From: Callorhinchus milii
Lineage: Eukaryota
Direction of reading: 5' to 3'
DNA: 64,000 nt
Assembly: GCF_018977255.1 (NCBI RefSeq)
Contig: NW_024704742.1
Coordinates: 137,828,001-137,892,000, forward strand
Below are positions 57,814 to 64,000 of this stretch, piece after piece (positions within the stretch are counted from its first letter, which is position 1; every line of letters begins with the position of its first letter). The notes beneath the pieces are model-generated. The model was not told the DNA's origin, searched no databases, and saw nothing but the letters and a program-made list of their open reading frames with translations. Both the position numbers and the translations under genes were made by a program.

Positions 57814-60800
57814 AATAATAATAATCCTTGCATTTGATATAGCGCCTTATCACGTCTTCGAGACGTCTCAAAGCGTTTCACAGAATATACTGTAAAGTGA
57901 ATTGACTATATTTGTGGGCAAAAATGTACAAATATTTGCCAAAAGACCCTCCTTTTTGATCGTGCTTACGGTGACCTCCCCCTCCCTGGCTCAGGGTCAG
58001 ACTCCACCACTCCAGGTCGCTACCCCACGTGAAGGGCGCTATATAAATGCAAGTTGTTGTTGTGTTGTCGGAGATGCCGTCCTTTGACGTTAAACCATGT
58101 CTGTGCCCTGTTCAGGTGGACGTTAAAGACGTTAAAGATCCCGCGGAGTTGTTGGGAACAGAGGAGTTTCTCTCTCTCTCTCCTGGTGTCCTGGCTGACA
58201 ATCCCCCAGACTAAAAGATCGTTCACCTCAAAGCTGTTGGTAGGACCTTGGCTGTGGGCAACATTTTTGCCTATAAGCACAGTCACTACACTGGGCAGGA
58301 ATTCCCTGTGTAGCTTTGAGGAGTTTTGACTTAACGGGGTGCCGTAAACACACAAGGGCTTTCTCTCCACCCCTCCTGATCCCAACCACCAGCTCAGGTG
58401 CAGGTCCCTGAATGTCCAGCGCCTCGGGACATCCGCCTGACATGAAAGGTGCTGTACACATGGGATTTGTCGCTGTTGTTGTTCTCTTGTATATGGAATG
58501 GGAGGTGGCAGCTCGAGCACGGACAGGTTGGGTCGAGTGGCCTGCTTCTCTGTGACAATGACAAGATTACGATAATAATAATCCTTGCATTTGATACAGC
58601 GCCTCATCACGTCATCAAAACGTCTCAAAGCGCTTCACAGAATATACCGTAAACTGGAATTGGCTTTGTATTTCGTGGGTGAAAGATGGGATCTAATTGC
58701 ACACAGCAGTGTCCCACACAGTCGTGGATTGAGTGATCACATTATTATTGCTGTTTTGCGTGGGGGAGTGCACGGAAAAACAAGACTGTTAGCTCTCCCC
58801 AGCCGTGGATGTGGGGCAGTGAGAAACCGACAGAGAGAGAGAGAGAGAGCGACAGGGAGAGAGAGAGAGAGAGAGCGACAGGGAGAGAGGGAGAGAGAGA
58901 GAGGGAGAGGACTCAGAGAAAGAGAGAGACAGAGCTGTGTAGAATCCTTATTTGAGCTCTCGGAACGTCTGGTGGAGCGTGAGGCTTTCTTCCTCCTCCT
59001 CTAGTCAATGGTCGGGCTGTTGATTGACATACAATAATATAGTGGATATACTGTATAAATGCAAGTTGTTGTTGTAATGCTGGTTTCACCTCCTGATTGC
59101 CTCCCACAGTAGAGACTAACAGCTGAGCTGGTGGCCATGGAGCAGAGCTGATCATTGACAAACACCTCCTCCTCGTTGGCTCCAGTCCCTACACCACCTC
59201 ACCCTGAGACGGGTCGTCACTGCAGGCGGCCATTTTGCGCACAGCAGGGTCCCTCACACAGTGCGAAGCGAAGGAGCGATTGATTCATTCATTTGGGAGA
59301 TTAAATTAGCCAGGACAGAGGGAGGGAGAAACTCCCTTCTCTTGTCCAACAGCGACACGGGATCTTTAACGTCCACCTGAGCAAAGCACAGACGGGAGCG
59401 CGGTTTGATGTCTCATCCGAAGGCAGGCGTCTCTGACAATGCAGCGCGCTCCTCCCCCTTGAGCTCAAAGCCCCAGATGTGTGTGTGTGTGGGTGTGTGT
59501 GTGGGTGTGCGGGGTGGGCGGGGGTGGGTGGGCTCAAACCCACAAGCTGACCTCGAGGTGAGAGCGCGAGGGGCTGAGCTCGGGGGACATGTGCTGTGTC
59601 CCGTGAGGGACTTGCTGAGACAATTGGTGTTAAGTGGTGGTGCCAAGATAATCATAATGATAGTAATTAACGCTGCTGATGACGGTGTTAATTACCCAGG
59701 TATGGTTAAATAACACAAACATTGCCAGCTCATAGCCAACCCACACCAGCCACTCCCCCAGACACCGTCTCCGTTATAAAACACACTTAACATTTTCTGC
59801 GTCTGTGCGCTCCTCTCACCTGCGAACGATTACGGCTCAGAAAAAAAAATGTAAAACAATGATGACAATTGCCCACCCCTGTGTCCCAGACGTAGATTGA
59901 AGTGACCAAATTATTATTTTTTTGAAGGGATTATTACCCCCGTAAAGCAATCGTCCAATCGACCAACACCAACTTGCATTTATATAGCGCCCTCCACGCT
60001 GGGCGGCGTCTTAGAGCGCTTAAACAACCAGGTTCCTACTTACTACTTGGTAAACAGAGGCGTGTGGAGTGAGGAAACTTGCCCAATGTTTCATCCTGCC
60101 AGGAATTGAACCCGGGGCCTCTCGCTTGCGAGGCGAGTGCTCTAACCACTTCGGACTTCGCAATATACCTGTGCCTTTCACTTGGGGAACTAAATTAAAG
60201 CAGGTACAGAGCGAGCAAGGAAACCGAAACACATTCCACGATCAGGATTATCGTCTAAATTAATTCCTGCCGTTAAATTAAGCAATAGTTCAAAATATAC
60301 CACTTTGTCATCGCAAAGGGAGAGAGGCAATCGAACCAGTCAAATCCTATCAAAAAGAAAGATTGGTCACTGTGGGACACTGATGTGTGCAATTGGCTGC
60401 AGTGTTTTGCCCACAAAATACAGTCACTACACTTTACAGCCTATCAAATGTAAGGATTATTATATCCTGTGAAGCTTTGAGAGTCTCGAAGACGTGAAAC
60501 GATGCTTGATCACATGCAAGGATTATTATTATTTATCCCCATGGACATTTGCATCACCTAACTATTCTGGCCCAGTCCCCTCCCCACCCAACTCCCACCC
60601 GCACTCCCACCCCAACACAAACCCTTTAATATTTTTGCTTTTCAGATATTTTAAGATCCCGCGGCGCTATTGGAAAAGAGAAAGGAGTTTCTCTCTCTCT
60701 CTCTCTCTCTCTCCCCGTATCCCGGCTGACAATCCCCCAGAATAAATGGATCATTCTCTTCACCGCTGTTCGTGGGACGTTGCTGTTCGCAAATTGGTTT

Positions 60801-61717
60801 ACATCCAAAACGCACAGACGCCAGACTTAACAGCAAATCCTGTGAAGAGCCTTGTGACATTTTGACAACTTGATGAGGCGCTGTATCAGATGCAAGGATT
60901 ATTATAATTAATATTATTATTTATTAATCCACAAGATTCTGCCACAGCCCCGGTTCCAAGTCGAAGATTTCACATCCTTACAAGCCTCTGAGTGTGTAGA
61001 ACACGTCTCCTAACCTCTCGCTTTGCTATTTTAATTCTGTTTCATCTGGTTAGCGATTCACCGACCAGTGGAAATAATTCCTCCCTGTTTGCGTCATCAA
61101 CACTAGGGAGATGGTGGAAGCGGATCATGTCAAGTCTTTCAAGTGCAAGTTAGATAGATTTCTTTTAGAAAATAATATTTTGGAGTACAGTATGAGTCAT
61201 TTGAGACATTACATACAGTAAGTGTTGTATGGCTTGGAAGAACCAGACAACTTTGTATCTAAGGTTTCACCCACAAATATACAGTCAATTCACTTTACAG
61301 TGTGTTCTGTGAAGCGCTTTGGGACGTCCTCCCGACGTGAAAAGCGCTATATCAAATGCAAGAATTATTATTATTATTATATCAAATGCAAGGATTATTT
61401 TATTTTTACGTAAGGTTCCCAAAGCTTTCCACTGTGTTGTAGTCTAATCCACACAGAGTTGCTATCAACATTTCCATGACTGTAGCAAACGACTACTAGG
61501 ATGGTGGAAGGCAAACTAGATGGACCTTGGTCTTTTTTCGTCCAGCAAATTCTTATGCTCCTAAAAATCCACTTATCATTTAAACCTCTCCCCCAGGTCT
61601 CCTCTCCACCTGTGGGAGTGTGCATGGCTCTGGGTTGTCCAGGCTTTACCAGTGATACCCTGTTGTAGCCGCCGTTGCTGGCTATTTCCCTTAGAATCGA
61701 TCCCTCACTGACAGCAG

Positions 61718-62215
61718 ACTGTCTGACACACACAGAAACCCATCACCGTTGCTTAACAGTCTCCAAACCAAGCTGACATTTCCACGCATCCCACCTACAC
61801 ACGGAAATCCCAGAGATTGATTGCTCAAATGGGATGTGCACTCTCTCTCTCCCTGGAGGAACACATCCTGCTTACCTAATTCTGGAGAGTATTAGGCGCA
61901 GGTTGGCAAGAGCCAAGAGTGTGTGTTGGGGTAATTGAAGGAGTCTAACTTGCTAAAATGGCATAGCTTGCCATTGATATCACTCTCTGGCAAGCTTTCC
62001 TGCTGCTTGTCCAGTTAGGACCACCCTCCCCATTAAGGCTTTGGCTTGGAGAGTTAACAGGAGCTGAGGGGGAGGATTCCCTGCCCTGAGTGACTGGTCA
62101 GCCCTTCCAGGTCCTGCCGATGAGCCAGGCCGTACTGTTCTGTCATCAGCAGTGAGAGCCCTGGAATACTGCAGACCCATCTGGCTCAGGAACCGGACTA
62201 GAGACCGTCACAGAG
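61718..62215 (-). repeat. Unclassified ~500-bp interspersed repeat (family X); copies at 565-1040, 30130-30500, 43595-44220, partial at 7305-7375, 27830-27990, 28245-28610, 41725-41755
   Basis: Shared blocks gaaacccatcacc, cccacctacac..gaaatcccagaga, cctgcttacctaattc, ggttggcaagagcc, gggaggattccctgccc; strand assigned from the A-rich end at 44213-44219. Confidence 0.85.
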
Positions 62216-62397
62216 AGCTGGCTCGATTCCAACACTGGGCTGCACGAAAGAAAATATGCCCCCCCATCACCATACACAACCCACCCGCCCTCACCCCCAT
62301 CCTCCTCAGGGATTGGGGCAGTGTCTGAACTCTGCCCAAATCATGGAACAAGGAGCGGGGAGGTGTGTGGGGAGTGAGAGAGCAATATATTTTGCAT

Positions 62398-62403
62398 TTT
62401 AAT
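62398..62403 (-). terminator. Candidate polyadenylation signal ATTAAA for TMEM8B
   Basis: tttaat on + in an AT-rich patch ~580 nt after the stop. Confidence 0.35.
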
Positions 62404-62671
62404 ACAATACTTTTTACATTTATCAAGTGGAGAGAACATCAGGACCAGCATTTGCCCTCTCCCCCACTGTGGAGATTCTCTGAGGGATGTGGGGGGGCGC
62501 GGAGGTGAGGTCAGAGGAGGAGCCTTCAAATGGACTCAGACTGTCCAGTGCAGCAATAGAAAGTCCAGGGTTTGCTCTTCACTGGTCGTCAAAGCTCAGT
62601 TTCCGTCCAGACGTGTTGGGTTTGGTCAAACGATGGCCATTTTGGTTTGTTTCCTGATTCAATCATCAGCC

Positions 62672-62980
62672 CAGCCAACCAATGGTTAGCTCAACCAGTT
62701 CGTGATCAACTCAACTCAAGCAGCTACGAGTTAGCTCAGCCAGCCAATGGTCAACTTAACTGGTCAATGATCAACTGAATTGGCTAATAGTTAACTCAAC
62801 CAGCTGATATTTAACTTAACTGGCCAATGGTTAACTCAACCGGTTAATGTTTACGTTGATTGACCAAAAGTCAATACAACTGTTCCATCGTTACGTCAAC
62901 TGGTCAATGGTTAACTCAACCAGCCATTGGCTAATCTCAACAGTTCACTGGTTGACTCATCATCAATTAGTGGCCAATCA
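62672..62980. repeat. Degenerate 20-bp tandem array (consensus ~yrgccaatggttaactcaac), about 15 units, in the TMEM8B 3' UTR
   Basis: Exact 20-nt phase from 62741 to 62940. Confidence 0.85.
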
Positions 62981-63334
62981 TCAACTGCTGCAGATGCTGT
63001 TGATGGACACCATGGCTGGATCGACCAATCCCATCTCCTCGTGCTCGTTAACACACAGCTGGTACCCGCAGCCTCGTCGCTTGTTCTGGAGAGGAACCAC
63101 GGAGCTGGGGGCGGGGCCTCTGCCAGGGCGGGGCCTGGGGGGCAGCAGGAAGCCCACGCTGCCCGCGATCAGCATATGCCAGATACTGTGGATGTAGAAA
63201 TAGTTCTCCTCCGTCTCCACAAAAGTGTAGAGAGCCACGGCGGACATGGCGATCACCGTGCCGGGAAACAGGTAGAAAACCCAGCGCTTCCACGTGGGCG
63301 GGTAACAGCGGCGCCTGCGGATCGTGCGGATTGT
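62981..63334 (-). CDS. TMEM8B: TMEM8B last coding exon, TIRTIRRRRCYPPTWKRWVFYL...SINSICSS*
   Basis: Minus strand atccag|ACA; NYFYIHSIWHMLIAGSVGFLLPPR and RGCGYQLC match human TMEM8B; upstream exons beyond the window. Confidence 0.93.
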   Translation of the reverse strand, partial: TIRTIRRRRCYPPTWKRWVFYLFPGTVIAMSAVALYTFVETEENYFYIHSIWHMLIAGSVGFLLPPRPRPGRGPAPSSVVPLQNKRRGCGYQLCVNEHEEMGLVDPAMVSINSICSS

Positions 63335-63394
63335 CTGGATAGGGAGAAAGAAACATCAGAGCTCCGGAATATCATACAAGAACGTGAAGTCCTG

Positions 63395-63724
63395 TAATAA
63401 TAATAATAATAATAATCCTCGCATTTGATATAGCGCTTTTCACGTCGGGAGGACGTCCCAAAGCGCTTCACAGAACACACTGTAAAGTGAATTGACTGTA
63501 TATCTGTGGGAGAACGCGGCAGCCAATTGCGCACAGCAATGTCCCACAAACAGTCGTAGATTGAAAATGACCAATTTATTATTGTTTTTGCTTTTGGAGG
63601 GAATATTATTAGGCTCTGTGTGGAGTAAGGAAACTTGCCCAAGGTTTCGCCCTCTGCCTGGAATTGAACTCCGGTCTCTCACTTGCAAAGCGAGTGCTCT
63701 AACCACTGAGCTACACGACTCCAC
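63395..63724 (-). mobile_element. Young SINE copy, head-to-head with an older + SINE (63727-64000)
   Basis: Same subfamily as 44599-44930. Confidence 0.9.
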
Positions 63725-64000
63725 TGCACTGTAGTGCAGTGGTTAGAGCGCTCGCTGGGTTTGATTCCCAGGCGGGGCAAAACCTTCGGCAAGTTTGCTT
63801 ACTCCACACGCCTCTGTTTATTGAAGTAAGTAGGACCCGGTTGTTAGTCGATTGCGGGATCACTTTCCAGGGGTAATAATCCCTAAAAAGAAACCCTGTA
63901 ATTTGGACACTCAATCAATGACTGTGGGCAAATTGACTGTCACGTTTGGCCCACAAAATATACAGTCGATTCACTTAAACATATATTTCGTGAAGTGCTT

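Overview
Repeat-rich vertebrate genomic DNA. The tRNA-Deu-L2-type SINEs, L2 and CR1 LINEs and a Penelope-like remnant suggest a cartilaginous fish, possibly a chimaera (inference). Three spliced genes can be read by hand. (1) SLC5A6/SMVT: the last 13 coding exons on + (1137-19351), all GT-AG and in frame, 495 aa ending ETSL; the 5' exons lie before the window. (2) TESK1: the first coding exon is on + (34381-34602), but the last three exons are on - (38680 to 36079), and the central kinase exons were not found anywhere in the window. (3) TMEM8B: the last coding exon on - (63334 to 62981). Most long ORFs in the track are LINE fragments or low-complexity artefacts. The strongest anomaly is the split-orientation TESK1 (a real inversion or a misassembly near the N-gap at 40596-40620). 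Other leads: a CpG-decayed minimal hammerhead ribozyme; a 13-copy GGATTATTGATC array and a sharp GC-skew switch upstream of TESK1; a 20-bp quasi-palindromic array directly behind the TMEM8B stop codon; an unclassified ~500-bp repeat whose terminus seeded a minisatellite; a young SINE subfamily carrying the L2 3' stem-loop; and several local fold-back (template-switch) inversions. I cannot demonstrate a wholly new biological system from sequence alone. Gene identities rest on recalled human protein sequences, not database searches, and repeat boundaries are approximate.
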